64,000 nt of DNA from the human T2T-CHM13v2.0 reference genome, Homo sapiens. A program made the translations under genes and the position numbers. The notes beneath the pieces are model-generated. The model made no database searches, was not told where the DNA came from, and saw nothing but the letters and a program-made list of their open reading frames with translations. Positions within the stretch are counted from its first letter, which is position 1, and every line of letters begins with the position of its first letter. The stretch is from the NCBI RefSeq assembly GCF_009914755.1, contig NC_060927.1. The stretch is one strand, 5' to 3'. Positions 1 to 18,600 of this stretch are shown here, one piece after another.

Positions 1-38
1 GTAAAAGTCTTGTTTTTAATATATAAATTAACATTTTA

Positions 39-304
<266 letters not shown>

Positions 305-643
305 ACAGAATTTAAAAGTTCAAGAAATGCTGCTGGTCTGAAATATGCATTAAAAGCCACACCTTAGATATCGAACTCAGAATCTTGTTAAAAATCAACA
401 AGAGATTGACAAACACTCAAGGTACAAATTACAACACTATAATAATTATTGAATATTGCCAAGTTGGAGAAGGAGAGAGAAGCAGAGAGAATAAGGAAAT
501 GTACACAATTTACATGAAATGTTGAAAATCTTTGAAGTCCAGGTAATACCAGTTGATCTTATTAAAGCCACACCCTTTGAAATCACAACAGAAGCAGATG
601 AATTTTCCAGAGCATAATTTTTAAGGAGAAAACCCTCTCTACA

Positions 644-684
644 TTTTTTTTATTATACTTTAAGTTTTAGGGTACATGTGCACA
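644..684 (-). mobile_element. Ultra-short L1PA 3'-end insertion
   Basis: TTTTTTTTATTATACTTTAAGTTTTAGGGTACATGTGCACA is the reverse complement of the young L1PA 3' terminus. Confidence 0.85.
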
Positions 685-3600
685 ATTTTTAATGTTTCTG
701 AGAACTACCACACACACATACTAAGCTATATACATGCTGTGACTATTTTTATTTTTAAGAGGGGGTGGCAGTCAAGACAATGTGGTTTCTTTTACAGGTA
801 ACACTACAATTCAATTTTAATGTCTTTTTCCCTCTCATGTCACCTTTATTTTTTGGTTCTTTTGAATAACAAGGAAAAAGATAAATCGAGAGTCATAAAG
901 AGTTCTTTGGGGTAAACTGAGGGGATATAACCACCTAATTATGAATTTCCTGAATGTGCAACTTGACCAGCAGCAACTGGACGTGATTAGTATGGTGGGC
1001 CTCACCTCCAGCTGTTCTACAAAAACAAGTCAGTGAAGGATTTCCAAGGCACATTTTCCTCTGGACTTGTTTTAAGTTTAACAATGCAAACAGTGCATGT
1101 TGCTCTTTTTTTTTTTTTTAATAGGTGACAGATTGTCAGAAAAGAAACAAGAGTTTTCTACAACAAAAAACTGGCTTATGGAACATATACTTCTGCTTGA
1201 GTTGAATGTGTTGGGCTGAGTGTAAGAAAATGCAAGCTGCAAATCTGTCTTACATGTGGAACCAAAGCTGGAAATGTGTGCTTTAGAGGCAACTGTAAAA
1301 TTGTATTTCCTTCTGGCATATGGGCCAATGATTATGTTGTGTGAGTAATGCATAGATGTAATCCATGTGGTAAGCTTTGTGGATGAAGAAAATGTCAGTG
1401 TTATTGGCTGAGGCTTGGCAAGCATTAGCCATGTGTTTAGAAAAATTTACATGGCCTGAAACAATGCAAAAAATGTACTGTCCTGTTTGTCAGCTTGTGA
1501 ACATAGCAAAAAACCACAGCACTCCCATCAGCACAAACACTGAGGGAGAAAATCTCTCTTGCTGTTTTCCAGTTTATGTTTATAGGAAAAGGATGTTTGC
1601 CTTACAACAAGGGGATTTATGCTTAATGGATACTAACTTTTACCAAATCACAAAATCTAAATAGGCATTTGTAGAATGAGAGATCCAAAAACTCTGGCAA
1701 TATGATATACTAAGGGGAAAATCAGAAATCTTTATAGATTTTACTATTACTGTGTTCAGATCAATTTTTAATTGCTTTTAGCTATGGCTTCTTGAGCTTC
1801 AAAATAATTGTGGAATGTCTTCACTAAGTACACAGTAGCATAAATTCTACAGGATGTTGTACAGCTCTGTAGAGGGAAAAACCACCATGAAGATAAATGA
1901 CCTTGGAGGACCCCATTAATCTTTGTAAATAGCAAGATGTTATTTAGCCATCTATTTTTTTCTTAAACCCAAAAGCATTTAAAAAACAGAATATTTAAGT
2001 TATAAAAGGCCTTAAAAGTGACCCAGAGCTGGCAGAGGAAGGGAGCCTTAACAATTGGTGGGGGAAACTGGGAGTGAGGGTGGATAGTACTCAAAAGGAT
2101 GCTGTCTTTGACTTTAATTTCAAGGTATTACACAAATTGCCCTCAGATGTTTCAATCTCTTCTTTCACAGGGCTTCCTCTAATGTTTTTTCATCAGTCTT
2201 ATCTGCCATATCAATATAATGGCTTTTAAATTTTTGCAAAGGGAACTTCTGCATCTACCTGTGAAGGATAAACTGATACAAGAATCACTTGCCTACCATA
2301 AACAACTAGAAAATAAGGCAAAATATATGAAAGGACAATTTTCAGATATTAGATATAAGGCGATGCAGAACTGAATTCCTGAATCTCTATCATTATCCTA
2401 GAGTACTGCCTTGAGGAAAATTCCAAGAAATAGCCAAAAGAAAATGAACTCAGAGTCTTGTTCAGTTGAGGAAACAAAGATCAGTATGAGTAGGCCAAAG
2501 TAGCTATAACTTAAGGGCAGAGTTCAATAGAGAGAGAGCTAAGCAGCAGAAGGGGTCTAGAAATCTGCATGAGAGTCCCCTTGAATTTTTTGTGACTATC
2601 AATTTCTGTATGTGTAATGTGAAACTCTTTGTTGGGCAAGAAAATCTTCTGAGAAAAGACTAATTACTGAGAAACTGTAAAATGAACAATTCCCAGAAAT
2701 CACACAGGATCAAAAACCTTTGTGGATGGAGTTTCCTTCATTCAAAGTGAAAAAATCTTGTTGAATACTTAGCCATTCAGTAGAGACTTGAAAAGTGTTA
2801 TGCCTTAGAAGTGGGACTAAATTAGCTCTAGAATTTACCATTCTAAAACCTCCCTAAAAGAGTTTAGAAACAGGCCTCACAAGAGATCAAAAGTAACCTT
2901 CAAAAGCTAACTGCTCACGAAAAAGTCTTAACACTCATTAAAAGAGTACAACAAAATCCAGCACTAAACAATGTAAAGCACACAATCTTAATCCAATTTT
3001 TAAAAATCATCAGACATGCAGAAAGTAGGAAAATGTGACCCATAACCGAGCAAAAATTTAGTAAATGGAACCCAAAAATGACAGAGATAATGGAATTAGC
3101 AGACATGTATTATAGCTATTATAAGTATGTGCTCACAAAGATATAGGAGAACATAAATATAAGGAAGGAAGAAAAGAAAAATATTTTAAAAGTCTCAGCA
3201 CTTCTGAAGATGAAAAATATAATATTTTAAGTAAAAATTTCACCTAATAGGATTAACAACAGATTAGATACTGCAGAAGAAAAAATTAGTGAGCTTGGTG
3301 ACTGCAACAGAAATAATACAACATGAAGCAGAGAGAGAGAAAAAAACTTAAAAAAAAAAAAATCCTTAGTGCCTTGTGGGACAATAACAACCGGTCTAAC
3401 GTATGTATAATTTTGCCAGCCAAAACTTTTCCAAAGTTGATGAAAACTATAAATCCACAGGTACGAGAAGGTCAATGAACCAAAAGCAGAATAAATATTT
3501 TAAAGATGTACCAAAGAACAACATAATCCAATTACAGAAAACCAGTGATTTAAAAAGTTAAAGCAGACTGAGGAAAAAGGATACATGAGTAAGAAAGATA

Positions 3601-4336
3601 ACAAATAAAAAAATGTAAGCAGATTTCTAGTCTTTGCAAGCCATTATGACATCTTCCAATGATGAAGGAATTAAAGTCAACTAAGAATTCTATATAGAGC
3701 ATAAATACCATTTGAAAATCAAGATAATATATGAACTTTTTTAGCAAAACAAAGGCTGAGCTAATTGGTTGCCAGCAGACCTGAACTATAAGAAAGATGA
3801 AAAGAAGTTCTTTGGGCAAAGGGAAGATGACAGAAATTTGAATCTACACAAAGAAATGAAAAGTGCTGGAAACAGTAAATGTGTAGATAATATAACGGAT
3901 TTTCTCCTCAATTTTTATTTTATTTAAAAGATAATTGAGTATGTAAAGCAAAAATGATAATGTGTGTATATCAATTTGTTTATAATATCTGTAGGAGTAA
4001 ATATGTGTCATCAATAGCACAAAAGAAGGAAGGGAAAAATGGAAGATTATAAGGTTTTTACTCTATTTGTGAAGTGTTACACTACTATTTCAAGATACTA
4101 TAAGCTAAAGATGCATATTGTAAATCCTAGAGAAATGCCATTAAAAAAAAGAGATACAGGTAATAGGCCAATAGTAGTGGTAAAACGACACTCTAAAAAA
4201 AGTAGTGAATCCAAAATAATCCTGAAGAGGTGAAAAAAAGGAAGAGAGAACAAATGAAACAAATAGAAAACCAACAACAAAATGGTAGATTTAAACCGAC
4301 TGTATTGATAATTACATTAAAAGTAAATAGTCCAAA

Positions 4337-5492
4337 TGTGTCCGGAATTGGTGGGTTCTTGGTCTCACTGACTTCAAGAATGAAGCCTCGGACCCTCGTG
4401 GTGAGTGTTACAGCTCATAAAAGCAGCGTGGACCCAAAGAGTGAGCAGTAGCAAGATTTATTGCAAAGAGTGAAAGAACAAAACTTCCACAGTGTGGAAG
4501 GGGACCCCAGCAGGTTGCCAATGCTGGCTCCGGCAGCCTGCTTTTATTCTCTTATCTGGCCCCACCCACATCCTGCTGATTGGTAGAGCCGAGTGGCCTG
4601 TTTTGTCAGGGCGCTGATTGGTGTGTTTACAATCCCTGAGCTAGATACAAAAGTTCTCTGCGTCCCCATCAGATTAGTTAGATACAGAGTTTCGACACAC
4701 AGTTTCTCCAAGGCCCCACCAGAGCAGCTAGATACAGAGTGTCGATTGGTGCACTCACAAACCTTGAGCTAAACATAGGGTGCTGATTGGTGTGTTTACA
4801 ATCCCTGAGCTAGATATAAAGACTCTCCACGTCCCCACCAGACTCAGGAGCCCAGCTGGCTTCACCTAGCGGATCCCACACTGGGGCTGCAGGTGGAGCT
4901 GCCTGCCAGTCCTGCACCGTGCGCTCGCATTCCTCAGCCCTTGGGTGGTCGATGGGACTGGGCGCCGTGGAGCAAGGGGTGGTGCTCGTCGGGGAGGCTC
5001 GGGCCGCACAGGAGCCCATGGAGTGGGGGGGAGGCTCAGGCATGGCGGGCTGCAGGTCCCGAGCCCTGCCCCGCGGGAAGGCAGCTAAGGCCCGGCGAGA
5101 AATCGAGCACAGCGCCGGTGGGCCGGCACTGCTGGGGGACCCAGTACACCCTCCGCAGCCACTGGCCCGGGTGCTAAGTCCCTCATTGCCCGGGGCCAGC
5201 AGGGCTGGCTGGCTGCTCCGAGTGCGGGGCCCACCAAGCCCACGCCCACCCGGAACTCCAGCTGGCCCGCAAGCGCCGAACGCAGCCCCGGTTCCTGCTC
5301 ACGCCTCTGCCTCTACACCTCCCTGCAAGCTGAGGGAGTGGGCTCCAGCCTTGGCCAGCCCAGAAAGGGGCTCCCACAGTGCAGTGGGGGGCTGAAGGGC
5401 TCCTCAAATGCCACCAAAGTGGGAGCCCAGGCAGGGAAGGTGCCGAGAGCAACCGAGGGCTCTAAGGACTGCCAGCATGCTGTCACCTCCCA
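4337..5492 (-). mobile_element. Solo LTR12C (ERV9 LTR)
   Basis: Termini TGTGTCCGGAATTGGTGGGTTC and GCTGTCACCTCCCA match the reversed LTR12C ends; repeated ATTGG/GATA units; 4-bp TSD CAAA at 4333-4336 and 5493-5496. Confidence 0.93.
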
Positions 5493-5547
5493 CAAACACT
5501 CCAAATAAAAAGCAGAAATTGTCAAAGAGGCTAAAAAAGCAAATCCC

Positions 5548-6363
<816 letters not shown>

Positions 6364-6439
6364 AATCCAATTGATTTTTTTATAAATGTTTTATATATAT
6401 ATAGTATGTATACAATATTATATATATTTATATATTATA

Positions 6440-7140
<701 letters not shown>

Positions 7141-7819
7141 AAAGCAAGACTCAAAAATATGCCACCTACAATAAACCCATTTTAAATATAAAGACATAGA
7201 TAATTTTGAACAGAATTTTTTTTAAAAACCATATAGTATACTAACTAATAAAAAATAGTTGAAATGGCTCTATATATTAGACAAATTAGAATTCAAAACA
7301 GTGAATATTAACAGACACTAAAAAGTACATTTTATAATTATTACAGGGTTAATTCTTGAAGAAAACGTAACAACCCGAAATATTCATGCACTTAAAAATA
7401 GAGATTCAAAACACATGAAGTAAAAATTAATTAGATGGAAAGGAAAAAAAGACACATCTACAATTACAGTGCTCAAAACTCCTCTTTCAGTATTGGACAG
7501 AATAAGCAGACAGCACTGCAACACTCACAACTTGAACAACACTAACATCACGTTTAACACTCCACTAACAACAATAAAATACACATTCTTTTTAAATGCT
7601 GATAGAACATTCACAAAGATAGATAATGTTCTGTCTTAAAAGAAGTCTCAGTAAGTTTAAAGGCATTGAAAACATACACTATATATTCTAAACCCAAACA
7701 AAATTAAATTAGAAGTCAATAAGAAAAATATTTCTGGAAACTCACCCAGTATTTAGAAATTAAACAATAAACAATACATTTCCAAATAACTCACAGAAAA
7801 AAACACAGAGGTAATTAGA

Positions 7820-8255
7820 GTGGAACCAATCCAACTGCCCATCAATCAATGAGTGGATAAAGAAACTGTGGTATACATATATATGATGGAATACTACTCA
7901 GCCATAAAAAAGGAATGAATTAACAGCATTTGCAGCAACCTGGATGAGACTGGAGACTATTATTCTAAGTGAAGTAACTCAGGAATGGAAAACAAACATT
8001 TTATGTTCTCACTGATACGTGGAAGCTAAGCTATGAGGATGCAAAAGCATAAGAATGATACAGTGGACTTTGGGGACTTGGGGGGAAGGTTGGGAGGGGG
8101 GCGAGGGATAAAAGACTACAAATGGGGTGCATTGAATGCTGCTTGGGTGATGGGTGCACCAAAATCTCACAGATCACCACTAAAGAACTTACTCATGTAA
8201 CGAAATACCACCTTTACCCCAATAACCTATGGGAAAAAATATAATAAATAAATAC
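7820..8255 (+). mobile_element. L1PB 3' end
   Basis: GATACAGTGGACTTTGGGGAC...GGGATAAAAGACTACAAAT...CACCACTAAAGAACTT. Confidence 0.85.
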
Positions 8256-8334
8256 AAACAAAGAAAATCACAATATATTTTAAACTGAATAAAAATGAAA
8301 ACACAACATACCAAAATTTGTAGAGGACACCTAA

Positions 8335-8661
<327 letters not shown>

Positions 8662-9299
8662 AATGTGTAACGTTAAATGCTCAAATAATCTAAGAGTGTA
8701 CTTTAAGAAACTACACAGAGAAGTAATAAAACCCAAAGTAAACAGAAAGAAAGCAGTGATAAAGCTAATAGCAGAAACAAATGAAAGAGGAAATCAGCGA
8801 CATCAAAAACTGTTTTTGTTTTTCTTTTTACAAATGAGCATCTGTAAAACCCTATGGCTAACATTAAAATGATGGAAGATTATATGCTTTTCCCTTAAGA
8901 CTGAGTAAAAAGCAAGGATGGCTTCTCCTTTCATTTCTATTCAACATCATTCTGGAGGTCCTAGTGAGTCATTTAAGTCCAAAAAAAAAAAAAAGAAAAA
9001 GAAATAAAAGGCAAACATTGCAAAGGAAAAATTAAAGCTGTGTTTATTTACAGAGAACACAATCGTATAGCTGGAAATGTTAAGAAATCTTCAAAAACAA
9101 CATTAATTCTAATAAGTGAGGTTAGCAAGTTTACTGGAAACAATGTCAATACACAAAAAATCAACTATAATACTATTAACAATTAGAAATTGAAGTTTTA
9201 AAATACCACTGATTACAGCATAAGAAACATAATATATTTGAAGATAATTTGAACAAAAGTGTACTAGACATGTACGTTGAAAACTACAAAAGACTATTA

Positions 9300-9622
<323 letters not shown>

Positions 9623-9630
9623 TTAAAGAG

Positions 9631-9938
<308 letters not shown>

Positions 9939-11008
9939 AGAAAACCTTTATAATCAGAGAGACATACAGTGTTAAATTGTTTATCAATATTATGATGACA
10001 ATTTTCCCCAAATTAACCTATAGATTCAATGTAATGCCAATCAAAACCCCAAAAGACTTTTTGTTTTGAAGTTGACAAGCTGATTATAAAATTTGTATGG
10101 AAATGCAAAAGATCTAAAACAGAAAAACTATATTGAGAAAGAAAAACAAATTTGGGAGACACATTATCCATTTTCAACATTTACTATAAAGCTACATTAA
10201 TCAAGATGATGTGCCAGTATAAAGATAGACATAGAAATCAATGGAACAAAATAATGAGTCCAAAGGTAGGCTCACAAATAAACTATCATTTGATCCAAGA
10301 TAATGCAATAATAAAATAATTGTACTTTTGACAAATGATGATGGAACAATTAGATTTCCATTTGCAAAAATATGAATCTTGACCCTTACTTTATACCATA
10401 TTTAAAATTTAGCTCCAAATAGATCTAGGTCTAAGTATAGGAGCTAAAGTAATGAGACTTGTACAAGAAAATCTTTGTTACCTTTAATTAGGCAAAGACA
10501 GTGTTTAGATAGAATGCAAAAAGCATGAACCATAAAAGAAAATGTTTGATAAATTGTTTTGTCAAAATTAAAATCTTTTTATCTTAAAATGATATCATTA
10601 TCATTAAGAAAATAAAATTCAAACCATGGATTTTAGAGAAAATAGTTGAAAAACATCACCCTGGTAAAGAACTTCTATGCAGAAAATAGAATCGTCACAA
10701 CTTATTAAGAAGACAAACCACTCATGAAAAGGCATAACATTTCAACTGACACTTCACCAAATAAGCTATATGAATAACAAATAAGTTTAAGAAAAAATGT
10801 TGACTATCCAAAATCATTAGTCATTAGGCAAGTGCAAGTTAAAACCATGATATACCACTATATACCTATGAGAAGGGCTATAATTTAAAAAGACAATACT
10901 AAATGTTAGCAAAGGTTTGGAGCAACTGGAAATCTCATACATTGCCGGTGAAAATGTAAACTAGCACACCCATTTTGGAAAAAAGTTTTGCCGTTTCTTA
11001 AAAAGTTA

Positions 11009-11346
<338 letters not shown>

Positions 11347-11827
11347 CTATTTCACTCATAAGTATTTACCCAAAAGAAATGAAAATTGATGTCCTCAAAA
11401 ACATTTGTACATGAATGGCCATGGCAGCTGCAAGATAAAATTTGGAAAAAGGCTTTGTCCATCAACAAATGAGTGGGTAAAAAAAATGATATATCTAGTC
11501 AATGGAGTATAACTGAACAGTGAATAGAAATGAATAATTGATACATGCTATAACAGTGATAAATCTCTAAAACATGCGGAGTGAAAGGAGCCAGACATAA
11601 AATGCATGATTACATTTACAAGAAATTTTAGAAAAGGCAAAAGTAATCTAGAAAGACCAAAATCAGGTTAGTGGTTGCCTCGGACTGGGGATAGGAGTGG
11701 GTTACTGGAATGAAGCAAAAGGAAACATTGCGGGGTGATGGCAACGTGCTGTATCTTGGAACAGTTACATAGATGTATTCATTTGTCAAAATTCATGAAA
11801 ATGTATGCTTAAAATAGGTGCATTTTT

Positions 11828-12292
<465 letters not shown>

Positions 12293-12633
12293 AGGTGCAT
12301 TTTTATTGTGTGTAAACTATACCTCAATAAAGTTGATTTTTTTTTATTGCAAAAGCAATAGTTTTAGAGAATGTGCTTGAAATTTATCCCTCCACTGGCT
12401 TGACTATCTCTCTCTCTCTCTTTCTTCCCCAACTACTCTTTCTGCCCAACTTCTACTCTCAAGTCACAGCCTTCTTTCATTTGCCGGCTCTCCAAATATT
12501 TGGAGAGATCTCTATCAATGGTGTCCTTCACCCACCCCCTCCAGTAAAGCCTCCTCACCTCCAGTTAAACATCGCCACCTCTTTAGCCATTCATATTTGC
12601 TGTAGTTTACACTCTGATAAAAGTAGGGCTGGG

Positions 12634-13017
<384 letters not shown>

Positions 13018-13794
13018 TCAAAGGGCTGGGCAACCAAAACAAAATAAACAGAACATACAAGTGTTTACAGAGGTCTACATGCAACGCCACAGAAGCCATG
13101 GGGAAGATTTTGCATCCTCCTAAGTAAGTTTTAGGAGAGAAGAGATAGGATCTAACCCAGGATGGTTTTTTTGCTTTGGGCCCAGAGAATTTCTTTCAAC
13201 TAATTCCCTCCTTTGCTACACACATCAGGGTACTAGTATTCAGGCAGCTCCATCACCCTTGACACAATTTCTCTGTTCAAATTTCCAGCATTCTCTGAAG
13301 CACAATATCTTTAAAATCACTTGTACATGTTGTTTGTTTCATCCCCTGTGGTCTCTTCCTTTCACCAGCTATCCTGATCTCCACTGAAGACTATTTAACT
13401 TGAACAGGTTACTCAACTTCTTTTCCTCAGTTTTCTCACTTGTGAAATAGGAAAGTGTTGCTGTGATGATTAAATGTATTAATATATGTCAAATCTTTTA
13501 ATATTTCCTGGCTCATAGTAAGCTCCCTTAAGAATTCCTGTTATTATTTCCCCCAAAGATAAAGAGAAAAATCTTACAAGCTCCCAGATAGAATAAGTTA
13601 TTTGTAAAAAAATAAAATAAAACTGGCAGTGAAATTCTGCTGTTGGAAACAGTAGAAAGTGCAAGGCAGCAGAATACATTTTCATCCTAAAAATCTTTCG
13701 ACCCGTTGCTATGTATTTTACTTGTCAGAGTGAAAGACAGATAGTGTTACCGAAATGTGAAATGTAGTCCACTACATAGTAAGCACTCTGTAAG

Positions 13795-13843
13795 TTATTA
13801 TTATTATTATTATTATTGTTGTTATTATTATTATTATTATTAT
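13795..13843. repeat. (TTA)n microsatellite with TTG interruptions
   Basis: Directly visible. Confidence 0.95.
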
Positions 13844-14319
13844 CTAGGGCCATGATCAGAGGCTTTAAGTCTATCTTCCTGGATCCGTTACTATCTTCAG
13901 CTAGCATTCCCCACATGGCATTCACCACCACTCAGCCCAGCCCAATCTCCTCTCTGTTCTTTCCCACTTAACATTGTAATTATTCCAGCACCAGGAAGCT
14001 AGGAAGGGTCTCACATCTCACCTAAGTAAAGGGAGTATCTATCCCAATTTTTCTGGCTTTATGTTAGACATCAACAGATTTTAATTAAGGGAGCAGAAAA
14101 AAAGAAGATAATTTGCCTCCCCCTCCAAAATCTTAGGAAATGTAAGAATCCTGGAAAATAACATATCTTCCCTGCTTTCATTTAATTTTTTTAACTCCTA
14201 ACTATATCAAAAAGGAGTTCATACAATTGAAAAGTTCATTATTTTGTGATTGATTGGTATTATTTCTAGTAGCTACCCCATTTGTTGATTCAATTTATTT
14301 CTTTATAAACCAAATTATG

Positions 14320-14630
<311 letters not shown>

Positions 14631-14674
14631 TTATGTTATTGCCAAATTTGAGATTGTTTATGAAAACTGCAATT

Positions 14675-14877
14675 CTTTTTTTTTTTTTTTTTTTTTTTGA
14701 GACGGAGTCGCGCCCTGTCACCCAGGCTGGAATGCAGTGGCACGATCTCAGCTCACTGCAAGCTCCCGCCTCCCAGGTTCTCGGCTTTCTCCTGCTTCAG
14801 CCTCCTGAGTAGCTGGGACTACAGGTGCGCGCCACCACACCCGGCTAATTTTGTGTATTTTTAGTAGAGATGGGGTT
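14675..14877 (-). mobile_element. 5'-truncated Alu (AluY-like)
   Basis: Poly-T, antisense right arm and linker, stops at GATGGGGTT. Confidence 0.92.
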
Positions 14878-15544
14878 AAATATCAAAATCCAGATCTTTT
14901 TTGAGGAAGAGGAAAGGGTTAAAAAGCTAAAATATATTTGCCAAGAATTTTATCTGAATTTCTGTTCACAGCACTTTAAGAGAAAAAGTATTTCTTATGT
15001 TTCTGATTCATTTATGTTTGAATCATCAAAAAATTTTAATAGCTATTTGATATTCCACTAGCTTTTGAATCCTTTACAGCTTTTTAATGCCTATTTTTTC
15101 TCTTCATTAAAAACGTTTTGGTCTCTTCATGGGTTTCATCTGTTGTACGTGTGCCTTATATTTTAACCTACACTTACTTATCAAATTGGGCTACTGCTTG
15201 AACAGGCCACTTTCATCCCAGGACCCTTGCATGGGCACTTTTCTCTGCCCAAAATGCTCTTTCTTAGATACCTTCAGGCTAACTTTATCTCCTTTGTTTA
15301 AAAGTCACCATTTCAATGAGGCCTACCCTCACCACCCTATTTAAAATTATAAAAATCAGATTTAATCTGTGACAGCACCCACGAGCCATTATGTAAATTA
15401 GCCCCAAAATATCCTAGCCAAGTAAAAAACTTGGAATCCAAAAATGTTAGAGGGACCTTGAAGTACTTCTAGTATAAATTTCTCATTTTACAGTTGAAGC
15501 CCAGCGATGTTAAGTGGCTTCCCTCAGATCAGACAAGTTAGATT

Positions 15545-16562
15545 CAGAAATACTCATCGTATCTAATAGATGTCTCACAATCAGCATCCGAATCTGTTGT
15601 CCAAAACTGAACTCGTGATATCCCCATAATCTTGCTCCTCCCACGGCCTTCCTTGTCTTGGATCATGGCAACACCATCTTTGTAGTTCCTGGGGCACTAG
15701 AATCATCCTGTCTCCCTTTTTTACACACGATCATAGACAGATGTCAACAAATCTAGTCTGCACTACCTTCAAAATGGATATAGAATCCTATCACTTCCTA
15801 CCACCTCTACATGTGCCACAGTTGTCCTAGGCACCATATCTTACTCTTAGGTTACTGTGATCGTTTCCTTGTGTCTGCTCTTGCCCCTAAAAGGCTATTC
15901 TCAAGCACTATTCAGTGTGACTGCTTTAAATCATGCCATTCTCAGGCTCTGCTGCAAAGCCTGCAATAGCTCCCTGTTATGCTTGGGCACTGCCTACAGA
16001 ACCTTTCACCAGCTGGCCTCCCATTTCCCCTGACTGTATCTGCTACGACTCTACCTTTTGTTCACTACACTCTAAATACAATCATCTCTTTGCTATTCCT
16101 TGAACAAGCCAGGCACACACCCACCATGTGGCCTTTTATTGGCTCTCTCCTCTGCTCTTGGTTATTCTCATGGTTAACAGCACCTCTTCTGTTCAAAAGA
16201 CCCCTTCTCAATGAATCTATAGTAACCTCGTTCACAATTGCAAACTGCCCATTTACACCTCAGTAACGTGTGATTTCTCTGAACCTCTTCTATTTTTCTT
16301 TTTCTTTTAGAACATATCACCTACAAAGATAGTATCTCATTTACTTATTATTATGTTTATTTATTATGTCTCTTCTCTGTAATAATGTAAGTTCCACAGG
16401 GTGAGAATATTTGTGTTTTTTTATTTTTTATTTTTTTTATTTTTTATTTTTGAGACGGAGTCTCGCTCTGTCGCCCAGGCTGATATTTGTTTTATTATTG
16501 TATGCCCAGTACCTAGAAGAGTGCCAGGCATGAAGTAGGCATTCAATAAATATTTGTTGAAA
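15545..16562 (+). mobile_element. L2 3' portion
   Basis: Ends CCTAGAAGAGTGCCAGGCATGAAGTAGGCATTCAATAAATATTTGTTGA, a typical L2a 3' end. Confidence 0.8.
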
Positions 16563-16929
16563 GAAAGAGAGAGAGAAGACAGGTCTCTTGTTCCTCAGAT
16601 ATGTTGCCATTACAGTGTCTTACATGGCCTACACCAAGTGGACACAACTCACTTCACTGAGGAAAACTAAACAAAACAAAGCAAACAACAACAACAAAAA
16701 AACTTAAAAAGCTAAAAACAAGGGAGGCCTTGGGCAAAACCAGGCATTAGGTAAGACTTGCTTTTCATACCCCCTCCTATGCCCTTTTCATCAGGCAAAT
16801 CTCCAGCTCTAGTTCTCTTATTTTATTCTGAATATTTCTAGTCAGCTATTAATTTAAGTCATATGAATGTTCTGACTGTAGTTTTGCTTCCCAATGTACT
16901 ACACTTCCCTAGGTTACTTATACTTGAAG
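16371..16929 (+). repeat. Local duplication, segment A (copy at 18931-19390)
   Basis: Colinear similarity continues past the L2 end, e.g. AAGCTAAAAACAAGGGAGGCCTTGGGCAAAACCAGG in both copies. Confidence 0.95.
16416..16482 (-). mobile_element. Very short Alu 3' fragment
   Basis: T-rich tail plus GAGACGGAGTCTCGCTCTGTCGCCCAGGCTG; ATATTTGT on both flanks. Confidence 0.88.
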
Positions 16930-17544
16930 AAAGAAAAACAGCAGGAAGAGGCAATACTTAGCCCAAAGCAGTGAGTGTTTATTGGTGAAATTCTAGGCAG
17001 TATGGTATGGGGATGGTGGGAGAAGTCTCAATTGCCCAATGTAAGGATGTGTTTACTTTGGGTAAAATTAGCCCACTAGTATGTATTTGCCAAAATATTT
17101 TTAATAGATGCAAAATAAATTGAAGAAAAAATTACAGAACAAATGCAAAATGGAAATCACTTCTGAGCTCACATATGGCAATGTCAATGATCTGGTTTAA
17201 AAGAATATTCCCAGTAAAAGGTTTATGGAATTTAAGAAAGTATAGTTTGGAATAAACTTCTAATATTAAAAAAGCAAAAATTATATTACAAAAATTCAGA
17301 TGTTAATTTGCAGTGGAGGGAGAAAGGAGTTAAACTGAAGTATGATTATATAGGAGACAAAAGCTGAGACTCGTCTGGTAAACAATTAAGAATTGAATCA
17401 ATTTTTCAGATATTTTAGGCAAAATTGTTCTCTATTGCATTTTTTACCAGCCTATAAAGCATCATAGACCAGGTCAAGTTAAATACAGGCAGACACGACA
17501 CAGAAGAGATCAAATTGATGCAAATGCTTTAAGAAAATAGATTT

Positions 17545-18275
<731 letters not shown>

Positions 18276-18600
18276 TTAAAGTCATTTGAAGTCTAAGAAT
18301 AAACATAATATGATTCCATTCATGTAATAAATGGATTAAATCTGTTTTTGTACAGACAAAGAAAATTTCTGGAAGCTTGCACACAAAAAATTAATATGGT
18401 TACTTTTGAGGAAAAGGTGTGAAAGTTTAGGTAGGATAAAGAAAACTTTACATACATTTCACATGCTTCTGTTGTTTGAATGCATGACATTAAAGATGTG
18501 TATTTATGTATTGTAATAATTCTTTTAACCCAACATATTAAAAAATTATCATTTCAATATATGTGATCAACACAATATTATTAGTGAAGTATATATTTAT

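Noticed and set aside
4575-4820. Spaced repeats resembling a CRISPR array
   Set aside because: They are the known tandem CCAAT/GATA units of LTR12 in eukaryotic DNA, with no cas genes.
4810-5525. ORFs of 70-158 aa
   Set aside because: They lie in the GC-rich U3 region of LTR12C and are a common repeat artefact.
13725-13931. Poly-Asn ORF
   Set aside because: It is a translation of the (TTA)n microsatellite.
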